64,000 bases of DNA. It comes from an uncultured virus (IMG/VR IMGVR_UViG_3300032167_005167). Its lineage: Duplodnaviria > Heunggongvirae > Uroviricota > Caudoviricetes. Positions 39,509 through 48,190 of the stretch are shown here, one piece after another. Under the pieces are notes generated by a model. The model was not told the origin of the DNA. It saw nothing but the letters and a program-made list of their open reading frames with translations, and made no database searches. The position numbers were made by a program, and so were the translations under genes. Location of the stretch: the IMG/VR virus record IMGVR_UViG_3300032167_005167. One strand, given 5' to 3'. The stretch's first letter is position 1. Every line of letters begins with the position of its first letter.

Positions 39509-39537
39509 AAAAAAGGCCGCCTCCAGTTGGAAGCGGC
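39509..39537 (-). terminator. terminator of the minus-strand amidoligase/GGCT unit
   Basis: Minus strand GCCGCTTCCAACTGGAGGCGGC then T-run. Confidence 0.7.
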
Positions 39538-39553
39538 TGTGACCTAGGTCGAA

Positions 39554-40003
39554 TCATTTCTGGGCGAGCCGGAGACGCTTTCGGCTGCGTTCAAGAGCTG
39601 GCTTGAGTACCTGGTTGATTTCAGAGCCAAAGCCCAGTTGCTTGTAAGCATCCCTGATTCCGTGATAGTAGTTGGCCATGGGCGGCATGGGCCGGATCAG
39701 TTTCATGATGTAAACCATGCCCCAGAGCTCAGAACCATCATCCATCATGACCTTGCGCCTATGCTTGGTGTAGTAGGTAGGGCATCCTTCGTAGCGGTCG
39801 AGGCTGTGTTCGTCGGCTTCGTTGATTTCCCAAACCGCTACGGGGACCTTTGCGCCCATGGCTTGGCTTCGCTCAACCGTTGCGTGAAGGTAGAACTCCA
39901 GGCGGTGGTTGGGAAGGTAGCCTGTGCCGATCAGTTTAGCGTTTGGGCAGCGGTAAGCCATCTGTTCTTCGACCATGTTGGAACCGTATGCGATGTACTT
40001 CAT
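39554..40003 (-). CDS. gamma-glutamylcyclotransferase family protein
   Basis: YIAYGSNM..QMAYRCP, LDRYEGCP. Confidence 0.88.
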   Translation of the reverse strand: MKYIAYGSNMVEEQMAYRCPNAKLIGTGYLPNHRLEFYLHATVERSQAMGAKVPVAVWEINEADEHSLDRYEGCPTYYTKHRRKVMMDDGSELWGMVYIMKLIRPMPPMANYYHGIRDAYKQLGFGSEINQVLKPALERSRKRLRLAQK

Positions 40004-40032
40004 GTTGTTTCCTCCTTGATTTGAAAGCTGTG

Positions 40033-40263
40033 TTACCAAGCCTTGTTGTTGATGCAGAAGCCGTCATCACCGTACGCCTGCATGATTGATTTGAAAGCAT
40101 TGCAGGAGTCGGCAAAAAGCTCATCGTCCTGAGCGATGTCCATCAGTTCATTATCATCGGCTTCATCAGGGACAATGTTGATCCATTCATAGTAAGCGTC
40201 CTCGTTGTTCATGGTGCGTACGATGGTGTGCATGGCCTTCATGAGTTTGTAGCGTTCGAGCAT
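40033..40263 (-). CDS. small acidic hypothetical protein
   Basis: RBS AAAGGAGG; own promoter at 40283-40321. Confidence 0.7.
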   Translation of the reverse strand: MLERYKLMKAMHTIVRTMNNEDAYYEWINIVPDEADDNELMDIAQDDELFADSCNAFKSIMQAYGDDGFCINNKAW

Positions 40264-40358
40264 GGGTGACCTCCTTTAAGATGGTATGCTATACATCACT
40301 CTGCAGGGCAATAAAGTCAAGCCCGTGATGAAAGCAATTTGATTTGGAAGCTGTGGCT

Positions 40359-40424
40359 CCCGCGACCAACACCGCGCTTGGCGGTGAGGGTTTCGGCCTG
40401 TGCCGGAGGCCATCGTCAGGCGGG
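40359..40424 (-). ncRNA. type I hammerhead ribozyme (HHR-2)
   Basis: Minus strand CCCGC CUGACGA U GGCCU-CCGGCAC-AGGCC GAAA CC..CACCGC-CAAGC-GCGGUG..GG UC^GCGGG: full core and three stems. Confidence 0.88.
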
Positions 40425-40634
40425 TTGATCGAGGAACTCAACCGGGTATGCGCTCTCTGTATCCCGGTGAAGAGTTACTAGCCAACGAGCTTTCTTCTGG
40501 AGCTCAGGCAAGGCGCGGCGCACACGTTTTTCGCCGTCGACCTTGCTGAGGATGATGTGGTTAAGGTATTCGAAAGCGGCATCGTCGAACCAGTCGAAGA
40601 TGTCCATGCAGGTTTCGAAGTCGAAGTTCTCCAT
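40416..40634 (-). CDS. 72-aa hypothetical protein; stop codon lies inside the HHR-2 core
   Basis: RBS CAAGGAGGAAC; MENFDFET. Confidence 0.65.
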   Translation of the reverse strand: MENFDFETCMDIFDWFDDAAFEYLNHIILSKVDGEKRVRRALPELQKKARWLVTLHRDTESAYPVEFLDQPA

Positions 40635-40650
40635 GTGCGTTCCTCCTTGC

Positions 40651-40851
40651 TTAGTTTGGTGTGTCCTTGAAAAACTCCAGCGCCTGTTCAAGCAGCTCGT
40701 CAAGCCTGCGCAGGTCACCAACCTGTGCCCAGTTTGCGCTGTCTTCGCTCTGAGCCCTGCGCTCCAATCGGCCTGCGAGCTCGAGGAGTGAGTCCTCGAT
40801 GCTCTCGCGAAGACGAGCGTGTGCGTATGCGGCGGTCTCGAAGTATTCCAT
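40651..40851 (-). CDS. 66-aa helical hypothetical protein
   Basis: RBS CAAGGAGGAAC; NWAQVGDL. Confidence 0.7.
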   Translation of the reverse strand: MEYFETAAYAHARLRESIEDSLLELAGRLERRAQSEDSANWAQVGDLRRLDELLEQALEFFKDTPN

Positions 40852-40880
40852 TGTTGTTCCTCCTTGCTTGATTTGGAAGC

Positions 40881-41177
40881 TTACCAGATACCGCCCCGGC
40901 GCTGAAGGTTTGCGCGGCGGTCGAGGTCGAGCAGTACCCGGGCGATGTCCTCAGGGGTAAGGTTTGCTCCGTCGTAGTAGTCGCTGGCATAGTCGATGAA
41001 CTCGCCGTTGCGGAAGATCATCCAGTAGTCCCGTTCGCGGCCCTTATGTCTGGCCCAGTGGTATTCGGTTTCGTCGTAGGGGTGAATGCTCTCAACGTAG
41101 GTGTGGCCATTCAGGTAGGTTTTCGCGCAGAAGGTCTGGCCGTCGACTTTGAATGTGCGGTAGGTGTAGTTTTCCAT
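40881..41177 (-). CDS. 98-aa hypothetical protein
   Basis: RBS CAAGGAGGAAC; MENYTY. Confidence 0.7.
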   Translation of the reverse strand: MENYTYRTFKVDGQTFCAKTYLNGHTYVESIHPYDETEYHWARHKGRERDYWMIFRNGEFIDYASDYYDGANLTPEDIARVLLDLDRRANLQRRGGIW

Positions 41178-41213
41178 GGGTGTTCCTCCTTGCTTGATTT
41201 GGAAGCTTGGCTT

Positions 41214-41266
41214 CCCGCGACGCTTCGGCGTTTCGGCCCGGAGCCACCGGGCCATCATCAGGCGGG
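41214..41266 (-). ncRNA. type I hammerhead ribozyme (HHR-1)
   Basis: Minus strand CCCGC CUGAUGA U GGCCCGG-UGGCU-CCGGGCC GAAA CGC-CGAA-GCG UC^GCGGG; loop II UGGCU is complementary to the 3' tail AGCCA. Confidence 0.92.
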
Positions 41267-41286
41267 GTCTTGATTTGAAAGCTGTG

Positions 41287-42168
41287 TCAGGAGGCCTGCC
41301 GCCAGGCTGCGTTGCCGGGCAGTTTCTTGAGCAGGTGTCCTCGTGCGGTCTTGAACTCGTCGCCGATCAGGCCGAGGCGAAGGAGCCAGCAGCGGAAGGT
41401 GTACTTCGGGTTGTCCGTCTGAGGCCTAGCCGGGCTGGCCGCGTTTGTCGTGAGCGCCTTCGCGCTGATGGCAAGGCAAAGCTGAATGTAGGCCTTAATC
41501 TCGCCTGCGTGCAGTGTGCCGTTGAAGGCTCGGAACTCAATGGTGTGCGCCGGGCGTTCCTCGGAGAAGGTTGCATGCAGGTTGAGCAGGTGGTAGCGGC
41601 TGTTGTCGTAATGGTCGTGCGCGTTCTCGTGCCAGTTGGTGTACCCGCCCTGGCTGAGGTACCAAACCCTGGCGAAGTCTTCCATGGTTCTCGGCTTGAG
41701 GCGGTTGACCTCACGCAGGAAGTTGGGGTCGACCGGTCTGCACCAGCGCTGGCGGCGGTTCGGGGAAATGCCCAGCGACATGGTGAGGAGGTCTTCCTTT
41801 GCGTTGACAATGTTCACCAGGCGGCGCAGGCTTTGCGGCGTGTGCTGGCCGAGACCAACGTGAATGTGAATGCCGCAGGTGCTGTCGACCTTCGCGCCTG
41901 CAGCGCGAATGTGCCGGATGACTTCCTGCACCATCGCAATGTCTTCCCAGCGGCACACCGGGCTGACCACCTCGGCGGCAGGGTCCGTCACCGAGCCGTC
42001 GCGCTCGACAACCCACTTGCGTCCGTCGGGCATGGGAATGTGCCAGTCGCCTAAGTGGTGGCCTACGTAGCGGGCCTGCGTGCCGAAATAGGCTGCGATC
42101 GCGCGAGCTGTGCCTTCGCGGCCCAAGCCCGTGGTTTCGACTTCGATACCGAAGGTTTGGTTTTTCAT
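41287..42168 (-). CDS. amidoligase (COOH-NH2 ligase type 2) family protein
   Basis: FGIEVE, DGSV, EVVSP, CGIHIHV, RYHLLN, TIEFR. Confidence 0.9.
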   Translation of the reverse strand: MKNQTFGIEVETTGLGREGTARAIAAYFGTQARYVGHHLGDWHIPMPDGRKWVVERDGSVTDPAAEVVSPVCRWEDIAMVQEVIRHIRAAGAKVDSTCGIHIHVGLGQHTPQSLRRLVNIVNAKEDLLTMSLGISPNRRQRWCRPVDPNFLREVNRLKPRTMEDFARVWYLSQGGYTNWHENAHDHYDNSRYHLLNLHATFSEERPAHTIEFRAFNGTLHAGEIKAYIQLCLAISAKALTTNAASPARPQTDNPKYTFRCWLLRLGLIGDEFKTARGHLLKKLPGNAAWRQAS

Positions 42169-42896
42169 GGGCGTTCCTTTCGGCCCGGCGGCTTTTCCCA
42201 CCCGCGGCCCGGCTCGTGGGGTGTGCCCCGCGCCGTGACACATTCATCACTCCGTGGGCCGGAAAAAGCAACCCGACCGAACCACCAAGTGTTTCGGGGG
42301 AAAACAGCTCTTATTCGACAAAGAAAAGCAAACGGAAAAAGCCTACCTATTGGGCGCGTACGCGTACGCGAGGGGTTCGGGATCAAGCTCTGGGGAAGTG
42401 AACAGGGTTTGTGTAGCTTTCGGTAACCGAGCGAGCTGTTTTTCCCCCGATCAGTCCGCCGCCTCGTGCCGAGCAAACGCCCGGTTTGTGCTTCTGCGCG
42501 CCCAACTGCCGCCGTCCGGACGAGGTTTTGCCGGAGGGTTTGGTTCGAAACCGCCCCCGAAAGGTTTGAAACCGACCGGAAACCGCGACAGCGGCGCGAT
42601 TTGGGCCCACGTTGCCCCCGGAAGCCGGCTTGGCCCGGTTCCCCGGCGGCCCGTGAAAAGCCTGGTGTGGCCCCAACGTGGGCCCGACGAGGCCCCGCGT
42701 CCCGCGAACGCGCCACGAGCTACGACATTTTCGCTGCGCTGTCCCGCGTGACGTCCGTTGCGTCGCCGCCTGCCCGGCAGAAGGCGTCGGCTGCCGCCGT
42801 TGGGGCGTGTGCCTTGCGCAGCGGTTGCTCCGCCCGAAACTAGCCGGGCCTCGCGTGCGGTCAGCCTTGCGGTGTGCCCCGGTGACGGGTTGTGCT

Positions 42897-42974
42897 GGGG
42901 GGAGGGGGGATCAAATCTCTGGGAGCTATTTCTAGGAGACCGCGCGCCCCTCTCGTGTGAATTTTCGCGAAATT
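42897..42974. other. putative cos/packaging-site region
   Basis: G-run, TCAAATCTCT, GACCGCGCGCCCC and the imperfect palindrome AATTTTCGCGAAATT upstream of the methylase/terminase genes; resembles HK97-like clostridial phage ends (recalled, not searched). Confidence 0.45.
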
Positions 42975-43065
42975 GGGGCCCGGGGGTTTTGGGGCCAAAA
43001 AAGAAAAATCAGCCGTCCGATGGGGCAGCTTTTTCGATATCAGCAAACATGTAAGGAGGTATAAC

Positions 43066-44322
43066 GTGAACACTCAAATGAATCTGCAGCGCATTCCGGT
43101 TGAGAAGCTGAAGCCTGCAAAGTACAACCCGCGCAAAGACCTCAAACCCGGTGATGCGGCGTATGAGAAGATCAAAAAGAGCCTTCATACCTACGGGTAT
43201 GTTGATCCGGTGATCTGGAACGAGGTCACTGGCAATATTGTCGGCGGCCATCAGCGATTCAAGGTGCTGACCGCTGAAGGAGCAAAAGAGATCGACTGTG
43301 TAGTGGTCCATATTGAGGATCCCCAGGATGAGAAGGCGCTCAACATCGCACTTAACAAGGCAGTGGGTGAGTGGGAGCCGGTGGCGCTTGCTGAGCTGCT
43401 GCAGGACCTGCAGTCTTCTGGCTATGAGATGGATTGCACAGGCTTCGATGCAGCGGAGATCGATGATCTGTTTTCCAAGGTTCACGACAAGGATGTCAAG
43501 GACGATGATTGCGAGATCAATCCTGATGAAGTAAAGCCTTTTGTTGAACCCGGCGATGTTTGGATGCTAGGCAAGCATCGAATGGTCTGCGGTGATTCTA
43601 CCAAAGCGGAAGATGTCAACCTCCTCATGGATGGTGTGAAGGCGAATCTCGTTGTTACCGATCCGCCTTACAATGTTGCGTACCAAAGTGCAGACGGAAA
43701 GTCGATCCAGAACGACAGTATGGGCGATGAGGCTTTTTACGAGTTTCTTCTAGCAGCGTTCAAGAATATGGCTAGCCATATGGCAGAAGGTGGTAGTGCC
43801 TATATTTTCCATGCGGATACTGAAGGCTTGAATTTCAGACGAGCTTTCAAAGAAGCAGGGTTTCACATCAGCGGCGTGTGCATCTGGGTGAAGAACTCTC
43901 TGGTACTGGGCAGGTCGCCTTATCAGTGGCAGCATGAACCTGTACTATATGGCTGGCTGCCTAACGGCAAGCACAAGTGGTTTTCTGATCGTAAGCAGTC
44001 CACCATCTGGAACTTCGATAAACCCAAAAAGAATGGCGATCATCCTACGATGAAACCTATTCCTCTTGTGGCCTACCCCATTAAGAATAGCTCTGCACCC
44101 AATGCTGTGGTGCTCGACCTGTTTGGTGGCTCCGGCAGCACGCTCATTGCCTGCGAAGAGACAGATCGTATCTGTCGCACGATGGAACTGGATCCCAAGT
44201 ATGCCAGCGTGATCGTTCAGCGATATGCAGCTTATAAGGAAGGGACCCAAGATATCAAGGTTCTTCGACATGGAAAAGAAATGGCGTTTGAAGATGTAGC
44301 AGAAGCGATTATGGATGATTGA
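43066..44322 (+). CDS. ParB-like domain + N4/N6 DNA methyltransferase
   Basis: YNPR, VGGHQR; TDPPY; HPTMKP; DLFGGSG. Confidence 0.9.
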   Translation: MNTQMNLQRIPVEKLKPAKYNPRKDLKPGDAAYEKIKKSLHTYGYVDPVIWNEVTGNIVGGHQRFKVLTAEGAKEIDCVVVHIEDPQDEKALNIALNKAVGEWEPVALAELLQDLQSSGYEMDCTGFDAAEIDDLFSKVHDKDVKDDDCEINPDEVKPFVEPGDVWMLGKHRMVCGDSTKAEDVNLLMDGVKANLVVTDPPYNVAYQSADGKSIQNDSMGDEAFYEFLLAAFKNMASHMAEGGSAYIFHADTEGLNFRRAFKEAGFHISGVCIWVKNSLVLGRSPYQWQHEPVLYGWLPNGKHKWFSDRKQSTIWNFDKPKKNGDHPTMKPIPLVAYPIKNSSAPNAVVLDLFGGSGSTLIACEETDRICRTMELDPKYASVIVQRYAAYKEGTQDIKVLRHGKEMAFEDVAEAIMDD

Positions 44323-44356
44323 AGCATGAGATTTTCAAGAGAGGAGGTGATTCTAT

Positions 44357-44839
44357 ATGGCGACGAGAGGAAGAAAACCTAAGCCAACTGCGCTCAAACT
44401 GCTCGAAGGCAATCCGGGTAAGCGCCCCATCAATGTTAACGAGCCGATTCCACCTAAGGGGGATATCAAATGCCCGAGTTGGCTTCTTCCTGAGGCCAAG
44501 AAAGAATGGAAGCGCCTCGCTCCTGCGCTCGAGGCTATGGGCGTACTGACAATGGCTGATGAAAAAGCCTTTTGCGGTTACTGCCAGGCATATGCACGCT
44601 GGAAGGAAGCAGAGGAATTTATCACGCAGCATGGTTCCATTTTCAAAACACCTTCTGGATATGTGCAGCAGGTTCCGCAGGTATCCATTGCACAGCAGAA
44701 TCTAAAGATTATGCAATCGTTCTGTTCTGAGTTTGGACTAACCCCTGCGACTCGTGCTCGAATCATGGCAGGTAACGGTGCTGAGCATGGTGCGCCTGAA
44801 GACCCGATGGAAGCGCTGCTTGGCGGAAAATGGTCATAA
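44357..44839 (+). CDS. terminase small subunit (P27 family)
   Basis: GRKPKPTALK..GNPGKR, EFGLTP. Confidence 0.92.
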   Translation: MATRGRKPKPTALKLLEGNPGKRPINVNEPIPPKGDIKCPSWLLPEAKKEWKRLAPALEAMGVLTMADEKAFCGYCQAYARWKEAEEFITQHGSIFKTPSGYVQQVPQVSIAQQNLKIMQSFCSEFGLTPATRARIMAGNGAEHGAPEDPMEALLGGKWS

Positions 44840-44866
44840 AAAAAGAGACCCGAAGGTCTCTTGAGA

Positions 44867-45886
44867 TTAAGCGTTGAGTGCGTTGAGGCCGGCTTGATAA
44901 GCCTCTTCAAGATACTTGTTATCAGCGCATGCAGCGAGGAGCTCCTGCAGATTGGCACGATCTTCAGCATCAGCGCCCTTCCAATACAGTCGGAACATGG
45001 CAGCAGAGTACTTACCGTCCGGGTTGCCATGGAAGGCTTGATTGTTATCGAAGTTCGGTGCCAGGCGAAGCACTTCACCGGTCTTAGAGGAGCGGATGAC
45101 ACCGAAATTGCGCATGTGGCGATCGCCATTGAGGAACAGAGCATCGGCAAGCAGGATGCGCTTCCATGCTTTGCGGAAATCGTCGCCAAGGGAGGCAATG
45201 TTTTCCATGATGATATCCTCATCATCGCTAATATCAGCAAACGCGTATCGGAAGGAATCGTATGGCTCGAAGAATTCATCCGCGCCGAGGAAATTCTTGC
45301 TGCGAACGCGCTTCCTATAGGAACCGACGTATTGGTACTCGGCAGCGTCCCAGCCACAAGCCATCAGAACCTTGCTGATTTCGACTTCGCTTCGGGTAGC
45401 TTCGGCGGACTGTAGCTTGTAAAGCCACCAGCTGCCCTTTTCAAACTTCCAGGTCTTGGTATAGCTGCCGTCCGTAGAAACGTTGGGGGTAACCATCTGT
45501 GCTTTGCGAACAGAGGTGTCGCTTGTCAGGAGAATGTAATCGCTGACGGCTTCGTGCTCTTGCGGATCGCAGAGCTGGTCACGTGGCGTGAAAGTTCCCT
45601 CTTCGAAACAAGTGAAGGTATCGGAGATGCTGAACATGTTGGTCGTCAGAGCCAACGTCAGCTTGTCACGCGAGCCGAGCATCTGCATGACCATATTGCG
45701 ATGCTGCACGGCATTCAGATCGATAGCACGCTCAGAGATCCAGCGAACAAATCCATCGGCAGAGGTGTCGCGGATTTGCATAGGCAAGAGTTCTCGGAGA
45801 ATGGGCTCATACGCCATGATCTTACCTTGAGCAAACTCAAAGCGTGCAACAGGCTGATCGTTGTTATACAGAATATAGTTTGGCAT
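44867..45886 (-). CDS. HipA/CtkA-like kinase-fold protein inserted between the terminase genes
   Basis: DGSYTK, LYK, DALFLNGDRHMRNFG, LAPNFDN. Confidence 0.75.
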   Translation of the reverse strand: MPNYILYNNDQPVARFEFAQGKIMAYEPILRELLPMQIRDTSADGFVRWISERAIDLNAVQHRNMVMQMLGSRDKLTLALTTNMFSISDTFTCFEEGTFTPRDQLCDPQEHEAVSDYILLTSDTSVRKAQMVTPNVSTDGSYTKTWKFEKGSWWLYKLQSAEATRSEVEISKVLMACGWDAAEYQYVGSYRKRVRSKNFLGADEFFEPYDSFRYAFADISDDEDIIMENIASLGDDFRKAWKRILLADALFLNGDRHMRNFGVIRSSKTGEVLRLAPNFDNNQAFHGNPDGKYSAAMFRLYWKGADAEDRANLQELLAACADNKYLEEAYQAGLNALNA

Positions 45887-45985
45887 AATGGCCCTCCCTT
45901 CGGGTTAATAACGGCTTTAGTATAGCATAGTTTTTCCAGATTATCCAGCGATATCGGAACAACTTAGTATGGAATAAGGTGACTT

Positions 45986-47542
45986 ATGGCATTTGACGAA
46001 AACAAGGCATTTCGTGTGATACGATTCATTGAATGCCTTAAGCATACAAAGGGCGAGTTTCATGGAAAGGAGTTCAAGCTGTTGCCTTGGCAGGAGAAGA
46101 TCATCAAGGATGTGTTTGGCACCGTTCGAGATGATGATCCTACGATGCGACAGTATACGACTGCATATGTAGAGATCCCCAAGAAGCAGGGTAAGAGTGA
46201 ACTGGGCGCTGCGATCGCGCTGAACATGCTCGTCAACGACGATGAGTGGAAAGCCGAGGTCTATAGCTGTGCTGCAGACCGGCAGCAGGCTGCCATTGTC
46301 TTTGATGTTGCTGTAGACATGGTGAAGCAGAGCCCAGCGCTGATGAAGCGGATCAAGATCGTTCCGTCCATGAAGCGCATGGTATATCAGCCAACCGGCT
46401 CTATATACCAGGTGCTGTCAAGCGAAGTTGCAACGAAGCACGGTCTCAACGTATCTGCTTGCATTTTTGATGAGCTGCATACGCAGCCGACACGAGCGCT
46501 CTATGATGTCATGACCCAAGGCTCTGGCGATGCGCGAAAGCAGCCGCTTTGGTTTTTCCTCACGACTGCAGGAACAGATCGTAACTCCATTTGCTGGGAA
46601 GTTCATCAGAAGGCACTCGACATTCTTGAGGGAAGAAAGCATGATCCGAGGTTTTATCCGGTCATTTTCGGTCTACCCGATAACGCAGACTGGCAGGATG
46701 AGAAGAATTGGTACATTGCCAATCCATCGCTTGGGCATACGATCGCCATTGACAAGGTCAGAGATGCCTATCGAAAAGCGCTCGAGACGCCTGCTGATGA
46801 GAATCAATTCCGACAGCTGCGTTTGAATCAGTGGGTAAAGCAGTCTGTGCGCTGGATGCCCATGGATCGCTGGGATGAAAACGGCGGTATTGTCAATCCA
46901 ATTGCATTGGAAGGACGGGCGTGTTATGCAGGGCTCGACCTTTCTTCTACGTCTGACCTGACGACGCTGGTGCTGGTGTTCCCGCCGGGTGATGAGGAAG
47001 AGCCGTATACGGTACTCCCGTTCTTCTGGCTGCCAGAGGAAACGTTGCCTTTGCGTGTTCGACGTGACCATGTGATGTACGATACATGGGAGAGGCAGGG
47101 GTTCATCAAAACAACGGAAGGCAATGTAGTTCATTATGGGTTTATTGAGCGATTCATTTGCGAGCTTGGCGAACGGTATAACATCCGGGAGATTGCTTAC
47201 GACCGATGGAACGCGACCATGATGGTTCAGGCTCTGCAGGATGATGGGTTTACCATGATCCCCTTTGGACAGGGATTCCGCGATATGTCGCCTCCAACGA
47301 AAGAGCTGATGCGCATTGTCCTTGAGCATAAGCTCAATCATGGAGGGCATCCGGTGCTTCGATGGAACATGGATAACGCATTTGTTCGAACTGACCCTGC
47401 TGGTAACCTGAAAATTGATAAAGAGAAGTCCACGGAAAAAGTGGACGGAGCAGTTGCACTGGTTATGGCGCTGGATCGTGCCATGAAGAACCTGGGCGGC
47501 GGTGGCTCTGTCTACGATGACCGTGGGCTTCTTATTATCTGA
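45986..47542 (+). CDS. terminase large subunit
   Basis: LLPWQ, PKKQGKS, FDELH, GLDLS, KVDG. Confidence 0.95.
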   Translation: MAFDENKAFRVIRFIECLKHTKGEFHGKEFKLLPWQEKIIKDVFGTVRDDDPTMRQYTTAYVEIPKKQGKSELGAAIALNMLVNDDEWKAEVYSCAADRQQAAIVFDVAVDMVKQSPALMKRIKIVPSMKRMVYQPTGSIYQVLSSEVATKHGLNVSACIFDELHTQPTRALYDVMTQGSGDARKQPLWFFLTTAGTDRNSICWEVHQKALDILEGRKHDPRFYPVIFGLPDNADWQDEKNWYIANPSLGHTIAIDKVRDAYRKALETPADENQFRQLRLNQWVKQSVRWMPMDRWDENGGIVNPIALEGRACYAGLDLSSTSDLTTLVLVFPPGDEEEPYTVLPFFWLPEETLPLRVRRDHVMYDTWERQGFIKTTEGNVVHYGFIERFICELGERYNIREIAYDRWNATMMVQALQDDGFTMIPFGQGFRDMSPPTKELMRIVLEHKLNHGGHPVLRWNMDNAFVRTDPAGNLKIDKEKSTEKVDGAVALVMALDRAMKNLGGGGSVYDDRGLLII

Positions 47543-47563
47543 GCTTTTGAAAGGAGGAATGGC

Positions 47564-48184
47564 ATGCCATGGTGGATGCGAAACTGCGAGAATCTGGATA
47601 AGGCCGTGTATGAAGGCGTAGGTCGATACAATATCCCGGAGATTGCTCCAGTTTTGCTTGATAAATGCAACTTTATCGGCTTTAATCAAGCCAAACGATG
47701 CCCAAATCCGGGCGATCTAGGCGTACATTTCTTCTTGGATGACTACCAGTTTTTCCGGGTTTGGACAGGCGTTGAATTGTACATGCCCATGCTGGAGCGT
47801 TTCCATTGCGTATGTACACCGGATTTCTCACTGTATACCGACTTTCCATTGGCAGTACAGGTTTACAACCATTACAGGAAGCATTGGCTGGGCAGGTATT
47901 GGCAGGAACACGGGTTGACCGTCATCCCGAGCATCTCTTGGAGCGATGAAAAGAGCTTTGACTGGTGTTTTGACGGGGAGCCAGTGGGTGGAGCGGTGGC
48001 AATCTCTTCGGTTGGGACGCAAAAGGATAATGAAAGCCGGTATCTATTTAATCTTGGCTATACGGAAATGATGGCGAGGCTCAAGCCCTCGACCATCTTT
48101 TTTCATGGCGCAATCCCCAAATGGTGCTACGGAAACATCGTACCCATCCAAGCGCATCAGACAAAGCTCAGGGAACTGAGGTGA
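47564..48184 (+). CDS. DUF4417-like protein
   Basis: VHFFLDDYQF, TPDFSLY, VIPSISW. Confidence 0.8.
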   Translation: MPWWMRNCENLDKAVYEGVGRYNIPEIAPVLLDKCNFIGFNQAKRCPNPGDLGVHFFLDDYQFFRVWTGVELYMPMLERFHCVCTPDFSLYTDFPLAVQVYNHYRKHWLGRYWQEHGLTVIPSISWSDEKSFDWCFDGEPVGGAVAISSVGTQKDNESRYLFNLGYTEMMARLKPSTIFFHGAIPKWCYGNIVPIQAHQTKLRELR

Positions 48185-48190
48185 TGGACG

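Noticed and set aside
38882..41286. CRISPR-like repeats (GATTTGAAAG resembles repeat 3' ends)
   Set aside because: Spacing is irregular (70-530 nt) with genes in between, and the motif is too short
41176..43073. Multiple overlapping ORFs in the GC-rich region (41176-42054+, 42165-42716-, 42254-42751+ and others)
   Set aside because: Arg/Pro/Gly/Ala-biased, no RBS, antisense to the amidoligase or artefacts of high GC
44861..45415. 184-aa plus-strand ORF between the terminase genes
   Set aside because: Antisense shadow of the HipA-like gene, which carries the recognisable motifs
26698..47542. Inteins, introns, reverse transcriptase or DGR in the polymerase, primase or terminase region
   Set aside because: Protein lengths are ordinary; no intein termini, RT motifs or template/variable repeat pair seen
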